Source: Kineococcus radiotolerans SRS30216 = ATCC BAA-149
GTDB lineage: Bacteria; Actinomycetota; Actinomycetes; Actinomycetales; Kineococcaceae
Assembly: GCF_000017305.1 (NCBI RefSeq)
Contig: NC_009664.2
Location: forward strand, 4,320,001-4,352,000
DNA: 32,000 nucleotides
Direction of reading: 5' to 3'
The notes under the pieces were generated by a model. It was not told the DNA's origin. It saw only the letters and a program-made list of their open reading frames with translations, and did not search any database. This document shows, piece by piece, positions 7,976 to 15,188 of the stretch; position 1 is the stretch's first letter, and each line of letters opens with the position of its first letter. The position numbers and the translations under genes were made by a program.

Positions 7976-8992
7976 TCAGTCGCGTGCTGCCCCGGCGTTG
8001 GGGAGGCGCTCGACACTGGTGGACAGCGATGAGCCGACGCCGTGGGTCCAGGGCATGACGCGGTGCCAGCCGGCCCGCTGCAGCGCTCGGTCCAGCACGT
8101 CGGTGCTCATGGGTTCTGTAGAGACTGGGGAAGCCCACGGCAGCAGCCGGTACCAGCCCGACCACTCCCGCAGCTCCCTCGATCGTGACGGCGTCCACGT
8201 GGACGACGGGCTCGTCTCCCCGACGCCCGAGAGGGCTCTGGCGGGGGAGGGGGCTTCCGGCTGGTGCAGGTCGTCGGGTGGACGGGGGTCCTCCAGCAGC
8301 ACGCGTGAGTGCCGTTGGCCTGTCTCGGGCAGCGTCAGCACCAGGCTGTGGGCGAGACCGTGGGCGCGGTGGACGACGCTGTCGAGATGGTCACCACCGT
8401 GGCCACTGACGACGGTGTAGGTCGCCCTCAACCGCTGCCCTCGGGGGGCGGGGCCGTCCCAGTCCGGCGGGTCACCGAGGTCGCGGGCTCGGGCCACTCC
8501 GCAGGTGAGGTCGCCGATGCGGTCGGTCAGTTCCGACAGGTGAGCGTGCAGCTGCTGCAGCGAGGCCAGCACGTCGACGTCGGATCCAGGTGGAGGGGCT
8601 GCTGGCGCGGGGGAGGCGGCGGGACGCCACCGGCTGAGGCCGTCGGGGGCCTGGCGCCAGTGCCGTGACCGCCGCGGCTCCCCAGCAGGGCCGGCAGAAC
8701 CGGCGGAACCGGCCAGGGCCCAGTCCTGGTGCAGCAGGGTGTGCTGGGTGCGGGCGAGGTCTTCGGCGGTGTCGACGGCTTGCAGGAGCTCGTCGAGGAG
8801 GTGCCCGGTGAGGCGCTCGATGGCCAGGCGGCGGATCCTGGTGCGGATGCCCTTGCCGCCGCGGATCCTCTTGCCCCGGGCGGTGCGGTCCAGCGTGATC
8901 CACAGCTGGGTGAGGGCGTGGTCCAGGCGGGAGCTGGTGAGGGTGATGCGGCCGACGGCGAGCAGCACGTCGTCGGTGGGGGAGTCGGGCAC
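7976..8992 (-). CDS. Hypothetical protein (~338 aa), helical N-domain, Pro/Ala/Gly linker, unknown C-domain
   Basis: ORF 7976..9172(-). Third-position GC is low in codons 40-60 and high from about GTG 8992 onward, so the start is placed there (GTG 8968 is the alternative). Coding-like signal continues in another frame down to 7818, so a frameshift is possible. No family recognised. Confidence 0.5.
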   Translation of the reverse strand: MPDSPTDDVLLAVGRITLTSSRLDHALTQLWITLDRTARGKRIRGGKGIRTRIRRLAIERLTGHLLDELLQAVDTAEDLARTQHTLLHQDWALAGSAGSAGPAGEPRRSRHWRQAPDGLSRWRPAASPAPAAPPPGSDVDVLASLQQLHAHLSELTDRIGDLTCGVARARDLGDPPDWDGPAPRGQRLRATYTVVSGHGGDHLDSVVHRAHGLAHSLVLTLPETGQRHSRVLLEDPRPPDDLHQPEAPSPARALSGVGETSPSSTWTPSRSRELREWSGWYRLLPWASPVSTEPMSTDVLDRALQRAGWHRVMPWTHGVGSSLSTSVERLPNAGAARD

Positions 8993-9376
8993 TGGATGAG
9001 CATGGCCCAGGACGGCGGGAAGGCAAGATGAGTCCGTCGCAGGAGCAGGTGGGGCGGTCGCGGTCGGTGGGCGTGGCGCGCGGGTGCGGCCTCCGTTCAC
9101 CGGCAACGCTGAACGCGCGCTGCCCGTGCGCCGTGCACCGGGCTCGCAACCCTCGACGTCGCCACGGCGCACTCGGTGGTCTCCCGCCGATCAGTGACCC
9201 GGAACGAACGTGATGGCCGAGTGCACCCGGGCGGTGTGGGATTCCGACGTCCTACCTCGGCGTCGGGTGGTGGAACGCTCCTCGCTCGCATCAGCCGAGC
9301 CCGGCAGTCGGCTCGTGGCTTCGAGCGGTCGGTGAGTACGGCGCTCGCCGTGGCGGGAAGCGCCTGTGCGCGGATG

Positions 9377-9409
9377 GTGCTGCGCCGGTCGACGAGGTCG
9401 GCGCAGCAC
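9377..9409 (-). terminator. Hairpin downstream of the peptidase gene (candidate intrinsic terminator, no U-tract)
   Basis: Perfect 11-bp stem GTGCTGCGCCG (9377-9387) / CGGCGCAGCAC (9399-9409) with an 11-nt loop, 40-70 nt beyond the stop at 9450. Confidence 0.4.
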
Positions 9410-9449
9410 TCACCAGGCATCGGAAGCGATCACGCAGTGCTGCGGGTGC

Positions 9450-10811
9450 TCAGGACGTGGCGTCAGGGTGCTCGGCGCGGACCGCGGCGCCGGCGGCGGT
9501 GACGAGGGCCACGGTCTGATCGACGACGGCCTGCCGATCGGCCTCGAACGCCGGGTCGGTGAGCAGCGACTCGTCGCTCGGGTACTCCAGCGCAGAAACG
9601 TGCAGGTGTCCTCCAGGGACGTCCCACGCCTGCATGCCGATCCGCAACCGGTTGGAGCGGTACATGCTCTCGTTCGACAGGTAACTGCCCCCCGGGCCCG
9701 ACCCGGCCCGGCTGCCGGGCGTCGGGTCGTCCCCGCACTGCAGGGCCGTCGGCTCCGGCCACGTCCCGGCCGGCCATTCGCAGATGCCGTCGTTGAGCTG
9801 CACCGGCCACGGGCCCGTCCCGGCGGCGATCATCGCCTCGTACGGGAGGGTCGTCTCGATCCACTCCGGCGAGTCGTACGGCTGCGGCCAGTGCGAGGGC
9901 CGCGAGACCGGGCCGAACTGCTGGTTGCGGTTGTTGTCCGGAGAGCCGCCGCGGGCGTTGGCGGCCCACTGCTCGATGTCCATCTTGCCGCGGCCGGTCT
10001 GGCTGATCGTCATGATCATGTCGGTGCGGTCCTCGCCGGTGGCCAGCACCGGCCCGAACGCGTCCTCGACGACGCCCTGGTCGAAGTCGGTGTAGTTGAC
10101 GGGCAGGACGACGGCCTCCACCGTGACGGGACCCTGCGCGGTCTGCACCGTCCGCCCGTCCAACTGCAGGGCGCTGGCCCCGGAGGGGTTGGAGTTGCGC
10201 AGGCTCGCGTCGAGGCTGTACGTGTCGAAACCGCTGATGACGACGCGCGTCGCGTCGGGTTCCTCCTGCGACCAGACCACCGAGGAGATCCCGCGGCTGG
10301 TGCGGTCGAGCAGGTGCAGCAGGGCCTGCCGCTGCAACGGGCTCTCCAGGTACGTGGCGTCCAGCGCGCGCAGCGCCGCGCTCATCGACGTGCGCGCCCA
10401 GTACAGCGGCCGGTCGTCGTAGCGGTCGATCGTGCCGCTCTGCAGGCGACCCTGGGCGCGGGCGACGGCGGTGTCCCACAACCCCTGGCCGCTGCTGCGG
10501 ACGAGGTCCTGCGCCTGCTCCAGGGTGGTCGCCGCGCACAGCCGGGAGGAGAAGTCCGCGACGAGGCCGTCGAAACCGGCGGCGCGCAGGAACTGCTGGG
10601 AGGCGGGTTCCCCTCCGGGCACCAGCGGCTGACCGAGGCGGGACTCCTCGACGGTGAGCACGGTCGACGGTGCGGCGCACGCCGGGGCAGGGGCGGGGGC
10701 GTTCTGCGCGGCGGAGGGTGCCGCGGCACCGCCCAGCACGAGCGCGGTGGCCGAGGCACCGAGGACGGCGGTGCGCCAGCCGGTGCGGGGCGGACGAGGA
10801 GGAAGGGCCAC
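9450..10811 (-). CDS. Secreted peptidase C15 (pyroglutamyl-peptidase)-like protein with N-terminal extension
   Basis: ORF 9450..10811(-). The signal-peptide-like N-terminus has RR (PRPPRTGWRTAVLGASATALVLGGAAAPSAAQ). Blocks RVVISGFDTY...NSNPSG, GSYLSNESMY and PGGHLHVS resemble the C15 motifs (TGFxPF..NPS, AGxYxCN, GFIHVP). Confidence 0.7.
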   Translation of the reverse strand: MALPPRPPRTGWRTAVLGASATALVLGGAAAPSAAQNAPAPAPACAAPSTVLTVEESRLGQPLVPGGEPASQQFLRAAGFDGLVADFSSRLCAATTLEQAQDLVRSSGQGLWDTAVARAQGRLQSGTIDRYDDRPLYWARTSMSAALRALDATYLESPLQRQALLHLLDRTSRGISSVVWSQEEPDATRVVISGFDTYSLDASLRNSNPSGASALQLDGRTVQTAQGPVTVEAVVLPVNYTDFDQGVVEDAFGPVLATGEDRTDMIMTISQTGRGKMDIEQWAANARGGSPDNNRNQQFGPVSRPSHWPQPYDSPEWIETTLPYEAMIAAGTGPWPVQLNDGICEWPAGTWPEPTALQCGDDPTPGSRAGSGPGGSYLSNESMYRSNRLRIGMQAWDVPGGHLHVSALEYPSDESLLTDPAFEADRQAVVDQTVALVTAAGAAVRAEHPDATS

Positions 10812-10864
10812 GGTGACCTCACCAGGTGGGGGTGGGACGAGCGGACGGCCTCGACGCTAGCGAG

Positions 10865-10875
10865 TTGTTGAACGA
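10865..10875. promoter_or_regulatory. GntR-family operator-like site 1 (TTGTTGAACGA)
   Basis: Fits TNGTNNNACNA exactly and lies in the 102-bp divergent gap between the peptidase gene and gntR. Confidence 0.45.
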
Positions 10876-10913
10876 CCTGGCAATGGTCCTGCTGTTTCGA
10901 CTACGTTTCGCAG

Positions 10914-11609
10914 ATGCACTCCCCGGCGCCGGACGGTGACGCGCGACTGCCGGAGCGGTTGAGCTCCGCCGGCCGCGCCCTGGTCGCCGGCGGGGGCGCG
11001 GACCGGGTCGCGGAGGCCCTGCGGGACCTCGTCGCCGACGGCGCGCTGGTGCCGGGGACGCGGCTGCCGGAGGACGCGACGAGCGCGTCCCTGGGCGTCT
11101 CACGGAACACGCTGCGCGAGGCGTTCCGGCTCCTGGTCCGCGAGGGCCTGCTGCGCCACGAGCTGCACCGCGGCGTCTTCGTGCGCTCGCTGACCGCCGC
11201 GGACGTCGTCGACGTGTACCGGTTCCGGCGCGTGCTGGAGTTCGCCGCCATCGACGGGCCCCACGAACCCTCTGCCCTGCAACGAGCTCGCGAGGCCGTC
11301 GAAGAGGGCCGGACGTCCCGTCGGGCCGGTGACTGGGAGGGCGTGGGCACCGCGAACAACCACTTCCACTCCGCGGTCGTCGCGCTCGCGGGCAGCCCGC
11401 GCATGGACGACAGCATGCGCCACCTGCTGGCCGAGCTGCGGCTGGCGTTCGTCGTCGTGACCGACCCGCGCCCGTTCCACGAGCCGTACCTGGAGGACAA
11501 CGGACGCATCGCCGACCACCTCGAAGCAGGCGAGCGCGGTCGCGCGGGACGGTTGCTCGCGGCCTACCTCGACCGCGCCGAGGGGCAGTTGCTCGCTGCC
11601 CACCGATGA
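10914..11609 (+). CDS. GntR family transcriptional regulator (FadR/FCD-type C-terminal domain)
   Basis: ORF 10914..11609(+). Winged HTH LPEDATSASLGVSRNTLREAFRLLVREGLLRHELHRGVFV followed by an all-helical C-terminal domain. Confidence 0.9.
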   Translation: MHSPAPDGDARLPERLSSAGRALVAGGGADRVAEALRDLVADGALVPGTRLPEDATSASLGVSRNTLREAFRLLVREGLLRHELHRGVFVRSLTAADVVDVYRFRRVLEFAAIDGPHEPSALQRAREAVEEGRTSRRAGDWEGVGTANNHFHSAVVALAGSPRMDDSMRHLLAELRLAFVVVTDPRPFHEPYLEDNGRIADHLEAGERGRAGRLLAAYLDRAEGQLLAAHR

Positions 11610-11634
11610 GCCGTCCCCGCGCGGGAGCAGACGG

Positions 11635-11645
11635 ATCGTTGAACA
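11635..11645. promoter_or_regulatory. GntR-family operator-like site 2 (TCGTTGAACAA)
   Basis: This is the reverse complement of site 1 except for the central base. It lies 26 nt after the gntR stop. Confidence 0.35.
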
Positions 11646-11808
11646 ACCCTCGGAGTGCTGCGTGCGGACCCGATCAGACCGGTGGAGGCCCGCACCCGGC
11701 GCCCGGTGCACCTCCTCGCGGACACTTCGCCAGACCGGGGCCGCTTCCCCGCCGGCGCGGTCCCGCCCACGGCCGGTTGGTCGCACGGTGGGACGCAGCC
11801 GAGTCCGA

Positions 11809-12312
11809 TCACGGTGAAGGGTGCCCGCGGTCGGTCGAGCGCAGCAGGAGGGCGCGGGTGGCTCCGGCGGCGTGGTGGGCCCAGTGCGTCCAGTAGTCCT
11901 GACGCCACTGCCACTGCACGTCGTTCAGGCTCATCCCCGCGTCGAGGGCCAGCAGCCCGTTCTCGGGGTCCCGCCAGACGTCAGCCAGGTCGTCGACGAA
12001 GTCACCCAGACCGACGCCGGCCTGGGCTTCGTCCTCGGCGAAGGGGTAGGACGCCTCCCAGCAGCAGCCGGCCCCGGCGCCGATGCGCTGCCCGATGCGC
12101 CGGTAGCAGGCGTGCCACTGCTCGTGGGAGACGGCCACCGGGGATTCCGCGTCGCTGGGTTCGACCTCGGGCAGGCGCAACGCCGAGGCGACGGCGTCGG
12201 CGAGGGCGGTCAGCAGTCGGTGGGCGAAGGCGGCGTCCTCGTCCCGACTGCCCTGATCGTCCTCTTCGCCGACGAGGGAGCAGTAGACCCGGGCGGCTTC
12301 ACGCATGTCCAC
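11809..12312 (-). CDS. Acidic helical hypothetical protein, DUF5063-like
   Basis: ORF 11809..12312(-). The C-terminal pattern DDLADVWRD...GL...W..DYWTHWAHHAAGATRALL matches my recollection of the DUF5063 family. The family call is unverified. Confidence 0.65.
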   Translation of the reverse strand: MDMREAARVYCSLVGEEDDQGSRDEDAAFAHRLLTALADAVASALRLPEVEPSDAESPVAVSHEQWHACYRRIGQRIGAGAGCCWEASYPFAEDEAQAGVGLGDFVDDLADVWRDPENGLLALDAGMSLNDVQWQWRQDYWTHWAHHAAGATRALLLRSTDRGHPSP

Positions 12313-12382
12313 TGGAGGATGGTGACAGGACCGCCGCGATCGTCCGCTTCTCGGTGTAGCCCAAAGATCATCGACCCTGCAT

Positions 12383-12420
12383 GACCGCGCCCGGATCGGG
12401 GGATGACTGTGAAGTCGCCA
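12383..12420 (+). repeat. Hairpin + GGGAYGACYGTG intergenic repeat, copy a
   Basis: GACCGCGC, then hairpin CCCG-gat-CGGG (12390-12400), then core GGGATGACTGTG (12400-12411) followed by AAGTCGCC. It lies between the stop of gene 12435..12800 and the start of 11809..12312. Confidence 0.8.
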
Positions 12421-12434
12421 GGGGCGACCGCTGG

Positions 12435-12800
12435 TCAGGTGTTGTGCTGGGTGCGGCTGAGCTTGCGTTGCAGTGACCTCAAGACGGTGATGGTCTGCTG
12501 GTCACCCAGGGGGCTGACCATCTCCCAGTCCAGCCCCGACCCCCAGCGGTCGCTGACGAAGGCCAGCTCAGTGACGGCGAGGAGCTGCTGGAGGTCCTGC
12601 CCGGTCAGCGGCTGACGCTCCGTCAAGCGCTGGAGAAGACGCGGGCTGCGCTCGTGCAGGTCGGCGACGTCGCGAAAGCCCATCAGGCGTGCCAGCTCCT
12701 CGGTGGGGTGGGCTGAGCCGCCCCACTCGGCGAGGCCGGTGCTCAGCATCAGGCGCTCTTCGTCGTTGAGGTCGACCTCGAGGTGGGGTACTGCGGCCAT
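12435..12800 (-). CDS. Hypothetical protein (121 aa)
   Basis: ORF 12435..12911(-), start moved to ATG 12800 (MAAVPHLEVDLNDEERLML...). The upstream part of the ORF runs through repeat copy b. High third-position GC, no family recognised. Confidence 0.65.
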   Translation of the reverse strand: MAAVPHLEVDLNDEERLMLSTGLAEWGGSAHPTEELARLMGFRDVADLHERSPRLLQRLTERQPLTGQDLQQLLAVTELAFVSDRWGSGLDWEMVSPLGDQQTITVLRSLQRKLSRTQHNT

Positions 12801-12877
12801 GACCTCAGCATGACTTCCGCGGACGTCATCGTGATCCTTCTTGCCATCGAAGCTTGCGGCGGACGCCGCTACGACAG

Positions 12878-12930
12878 CGCCATGTCTGCGGGATGACCGT
12901 GCGCTTCGCACGCACCGCGGGATGAGCGAG
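12878..12930 (+). repeat. Hairpin + GGGAYGACYGTG intergenic repeat, copy b (tandem double core)
   Basis: CGC-catgtct-GCG, then core GGGATGACCGTG (12890-12901). A second degenerate core GGGATGAGCGAG (12919-12930) follows 29 nt later and abuts the stop of gene 12933..13250. Confidence 0.75.
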
Positions 12931-12932
12931 CA

Positions 12933-13250
12933 CTACGCCGAGGGACCTGCGGTGGCGCGGCGCACCCACGAAAGCAGAGTCAGCAGTGTGGCGGGGTCGA
13001 GGTCGCGGGCTGCCCAGTCGGCGATCGTCAGGTCGTGGGCGCCAACCGAGACGCCGTTGTCCAGGAGGAAGTCGACGATGTCCCGTCCTTCCAACGGGCG
13101 GTAGTCCGCGTACCTCCGGGGGGTGCGAGCTCGCCAAGACGGGGCGTCGTCCAGTACGTCGTCAGGCACCTCGAAGCCCAGGTCGACGCGCAGCACCTCC
13201 CAGTTCTCGTTGCCTGCTTCGTCGCGCTCAGGGATGAAGCCCTGTGTCAT
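12933..13250 (-). CDS. Hypothetical acidic protein (105 aa)
   Basis: ORF 12933..13250(-), ATG start with GAGGA upstream, high third-position GC. No family recognised. Confidence 0.65.
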   Translation of the reverse strand: MTQGFIPERDEAGNENWEVLRVDLGFEVPDDVLDDAPSWRARTPRRYADYRPLEGRDIVDFLLDNGVSVGAHDLTIADWAARDLDPATLLTLLSWVRRATAGPSA

Positions 13251-13360
13251 CTGGTCCTCGTTTCCGGCTCAGGTGTCCTGGTCCACTGAGACTGGCACCC
13301 GCCCCAGGCCCTCGCTGCAACATCCTCACTTCGCCATGTGAGGTCCTTACCGGCCACCCG

Positions 13361-13396
13361 GGACCGCGCACAACGCGGGATGACCGTGAAATCGCG
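13361..13396 (+). repeat. Hairpin + GGGAYGACYGTG intergenic repeat, copy c
   Basis: GGACCGCGCACAACGCGGGATGACCGTGA (13361-13389) is identical over 29 nt to copy e. The hairpin is CCGCG-cacaa-CGCGG (13364-13378) and the core is at 13377-13388. Confidence 0.9.
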
Positions 13397-13431
13397 TTTG
13401 CTCCGCCCACAGCACGGAGTGGTCGTGCGTC

Positions 13432-13818
13432 CTACGCGAGGTGCCGGCTGATCACCGCCGCCAGTTCCGCGGCGTCGAGCTCTCCGGCGGCCACGGCCAG
13501 CACCATCTGCTCGGCCTCGTCGACGTGCATGACCAGGTCGGTGCCGTTGAGCAGGCAGAAGACGCGGGTCGCGGACCAGGCCAGGCGCTTGTTGCCGTCG
13601 ACCAGCGGGTGGTTGCGAGCCAGGGAGTGCATCAAGGCTGCGGCCTTGTCGGCGAGGGTGGGATAGGCCTCGCGGCCGAAGACGGTGGTGCGGGGACGGG
13701 CAGCGGCCGAGGCGAGCAGACCCAGGTCGAGGACCTGCACGTCCTCGACGACGCCGGCGGCGATCTCGAGCAGGTCCTCGGTGGAGAGGTGGTCGAGCGG
13801 GGGTTCGGGCTGGGTCAC
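13432..13818 (-). CDS. doc: Doc (death-on-curing) / Fic-family toxin
   Basis: ORF 13432..14085(-), start placed at GTG 13818, which overlaps the antitoxin stop (GTGA). The Fic/Doc motif HPLVDGNKRLAW is present. Confidence 0.9.
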   Translation of the reverse strand: MTQPEPPLDHLSTEDLLEIAAGVVEDVQVLDLGLLASAAARPRTTVFGREAYPTLADKAAALMHSLARNHPLVDGNKRLAWSATRVFCLLNGTDLVMHVDEAEQMVLAVAAGELDAAELAAVISRHLA

Positions 13819-14012
13819 CGCGCCAGGCGGGCGAGGAGTTCGGCGTCCTCGGTGCGGACTCGGTCGATGGCCGCGCGCAGGCGAGCGGGACGGTCGGAGA
13901 CGTACTCGCCGATGGCGGCGCGGGCGACTTCCTGCATGGAGCGGCCCTCCTGCTCGGCGCGGCGGCGCAGGGCGTCGGCCTCGTCGTCGGTCAGCCGGAG
14001 GTTCATCGCCAT
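13815..14012 (-). CDS. Ribbon-helix-helix (CopG/Arc-like) antitoxin partnered with Doc
   Basis: ORF 13815..14012(-), 65 aa. MAMNLRLTDDEADALRRRAEQEGRSMQEVARAAIGEYV is a typical RHH N-terminus. A 4-nt overlap links it to doc. Confidence 0.85.
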   Translation of the reverse strand: MAMNLRLTDDEADALRRRAEQEGRSMQEVARAAIGEYVSDRPARLRAAIDRVRTEDAELLARLAR

Positions 14013-14084
14013 GCACGCATGGTACCGCTCTGGTACCAGTCAGGCCAGGTGCGTGGACCTCGTCATGGCCGTGCCTCGTGATCA

Positions 14085-14116
14085 CGCGCTGAGCGCGGGA
14101 CGACCGTGCGTTCGCC
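14085..14116 (+). repeat. Hairpin + GGGAYGACYGTG intergenic repeat, copy d
   Basis: Hairpin CGCGC-tga-GCGCG (14085-14097), then core GGGACGACCGTG (14097-14108). It lies between the antitoxin start (14012) and the ABM gene start. Confidence 0.8.
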
Positions 14117-14162
14117 CGACCCGCCTCAAGCGCTGAGATGCGAAGCGGTGAGGATGAAGGCC

Positions 14163-14459
14163 ATGATCCTCGAGCAGGCCGTCCTCGATGTCCGACCTGG
14201 CCAGACCGACGACTTCGAGGTGGCCTTCTCCCAGGCCAAGACGATCATCTCGGCGATGCCTGGCTTCCAGCGGCTGACGCTGTCGCGCTGCCTCGAGCGC
14301 CCGGACGCCTACCTCCTGCTGGTGCAGTGGGACACCTTGGAAGATCACACCAAGGGATTCCGTAGCTCGGCGCAGTATCACGAGTGGAAGCGGCTGCTGC
14401 ATCACTTCTACGACCCGTTCCCGACGGTCGAGCACTACCGGCAGGTCGATAGCGCCTGA
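14163..14459 (+). CDS. Antibiotic biosynthesis monooxygenase (ABM) domain protein
   Basis: ORF 14106..14459(+). MILEQAVLDVRPGQTDDFEVAFSQA...LLLVQWDTLEDH is a typical ABM fold sequence. Start placed at ATG 14163 (GAGGA 8 nt upstream), with ATG 14154 as the alternative. The ORF-track start at 14106 lies inside repeat d. Confidence 0.85.
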   Translation: MILEQAVLDVRPGQTDDFEVAFSQAKTIISAMPGFQRLTLSRCLERPDAYLLLVQWDTLEDHTKGFRSSAQYHEWKRLLHHFYDPFPTVEHYRQVDSA

Positions 14460-14480
14460 GCGCGTGACGACGCCGGCGTC

Positions 14481-14516
14481 GGACCGCGCACAACGCGGGA
14501 TGACCGTGAGGTCGTG
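14481..14516 (+). repeat. Hairpin + GGGAYGACYGTG intergenic repeat, copy e
   Basis: Identical 29-mer to copy c (14481-14509), core at 14497-14508. An upstream degenerate half-copy CGCGTGACGACGCCG lies at 14461-14475. Copy e sits between two convergent stops (14459 and 14529). Confidence 0.9.
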
Positions 14517-14528
14517 CCGCACACCCGC

Positions 14529-15188
14529 TCACGCGGCCCGGAGTCGCTCGTGCAGTGTCTGCACTCCTGGGCCGTTCAAGGTGTTCAAGCCGTCAGGCCG
14601 TCCTGAGACGACCAGCAGCAGGTCGCGGTCCGGTCCCTGGACCTCGATGCCGGACCCGTGCTCCCACGGGGAGTCGGTGGACACCAGATGGAGTCCCTTC
14701 ACGCGCTGGGGTGCGCCCATGAAGCGGTTGCCGATGGCGTGGGTCAGGCAGGCGGTGACGACGTGAGCGGGTGAGGAGTAGGTCAGCTGCAGGGGGCGGG
14801 CGATGTCGTGGGCGTGGATGACCAGGTCCATCAGCGGGTCCATGGGGCTGCTGCCGGGGAAGCGGCGGGTGGACTCGGCGCTGTCGTGCAACTGCTCGAG
14901 GAGTTCGGTGGTGCTGTAGCGCTCGGCGCGGGCCGCGGCCATGGCGAGTTCCATGCGGTCGAAGGAGCCGCGAGCCCTGATCGCTTCGCGTGCGACCTTC
15001 GACACGGTCAGGCGTGTGGTGGTGGTCAGGTGAGCGAGGACGTTGCGCACCGTCCAGGCGGTGCACAGCGACGGCGTACTCCACTGCTCCTGCCTCAGGG
15101 GCATCAGCCAGTCAGCGAGTCGGTGGCGTTCGTCGCGCACGGCGGCGGTCGTCTGCTCGGAGGTCAGCGGGGACGGGTCGATGGCCAT
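14529..15188 (-). CDS. Mycothiol-dependent maleylpyruvate isomerase-like / DinB-superfamily protein
   Basis: ORF 14529..15221(-), start placed at ATG 15188 (MAIDPSPL...). ERHRLADWLMPLRQEQWSTPSLCTAWTVRNVLAHL is the typical MDMPI N-terminal (DinB-like) domain pattern. Confidence 0.8.
   Translation of the reverse strand: MAIDPSPLTSEQTTAAVRDERHRLADWLMPLRQEQWSTPSLCTAWTVRNVLAHLTTTTRLTVSKVAREAIRARGSFDRMELAMAAARAERYSTTELLEQLHDSAESTRRFPGSSPMDPLMDLVIHAHDIARPLQLTYSSPAHVVTACLTHAIGNRFMGAPQRVKGLHLVSTDSPWEHGSGIEVQGPDRDLLLVVSGRPDGLNTLNGPGVQTLHERLRAA

Noticed and set aside
7976-8110. HicA-like toxin (MSTDVLDRALQRAGWHRV...) as a separate 44-aa gene
   Set aside because: It lacks the GSHH motif and the length of HicA. 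It is in frame with, and statistically continuous with, the upstream long ORF.
9366-10871. 501-aa plus-strand ORF
   Set aside because: It is a shadow of the peptidase C15-like gene on the opposite strand.
12403-12615. Small plus-strand ORFs starting in the repeat core with MTV(K/R)S (also 13380-13451, 14500-14766 and 15258-15608)
   Set aside because: The similarity ends after 5 codons, exactly where the DNA repeat ends. The ORFs are antisense to better-supported genes and have different lengths and nonsense composition, so the ATG is simply part of the repeat.
13364-13378. ClgR-type operator (CGC-N5-GCG) within the repeat hairpin
   Set aside because: Only the generic CGC-N5-GCG skeleton matches, and the internal consensus positions do not. 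Copies a and b lack it, and there are no clp/lon genes nearby.
14085-14116. Guanidine-II (mini-ykkC) riboswitch hairpins, because of GGGACGACC
   Set aside because: Four of the six copies carry ATGA instead of the obligatory ACGR loop, and the flanking pairing is poor. The gene context (no SMR or guanidine carboxylase genes) does not fit either.
12383-14516. Canonical integron cassette array (attC sites)
   Set aside because: No intI-like integrase is in the window. The repeats lack conserved R''/R' boxes (RYYYAAC...GTTRRRY): GTTGTGC appears in only two copies and is absent in the others. They are also much shorter than the long imperfect palindromes of attC sites. Only the cassette-like spacing is reminiscent.
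12383-14516. CRISPR array
   Set aside because: The spacing between repeats is 400-700 bp and contains genes, and the repeat itself is not uniformly conserved. No cas genes are present.
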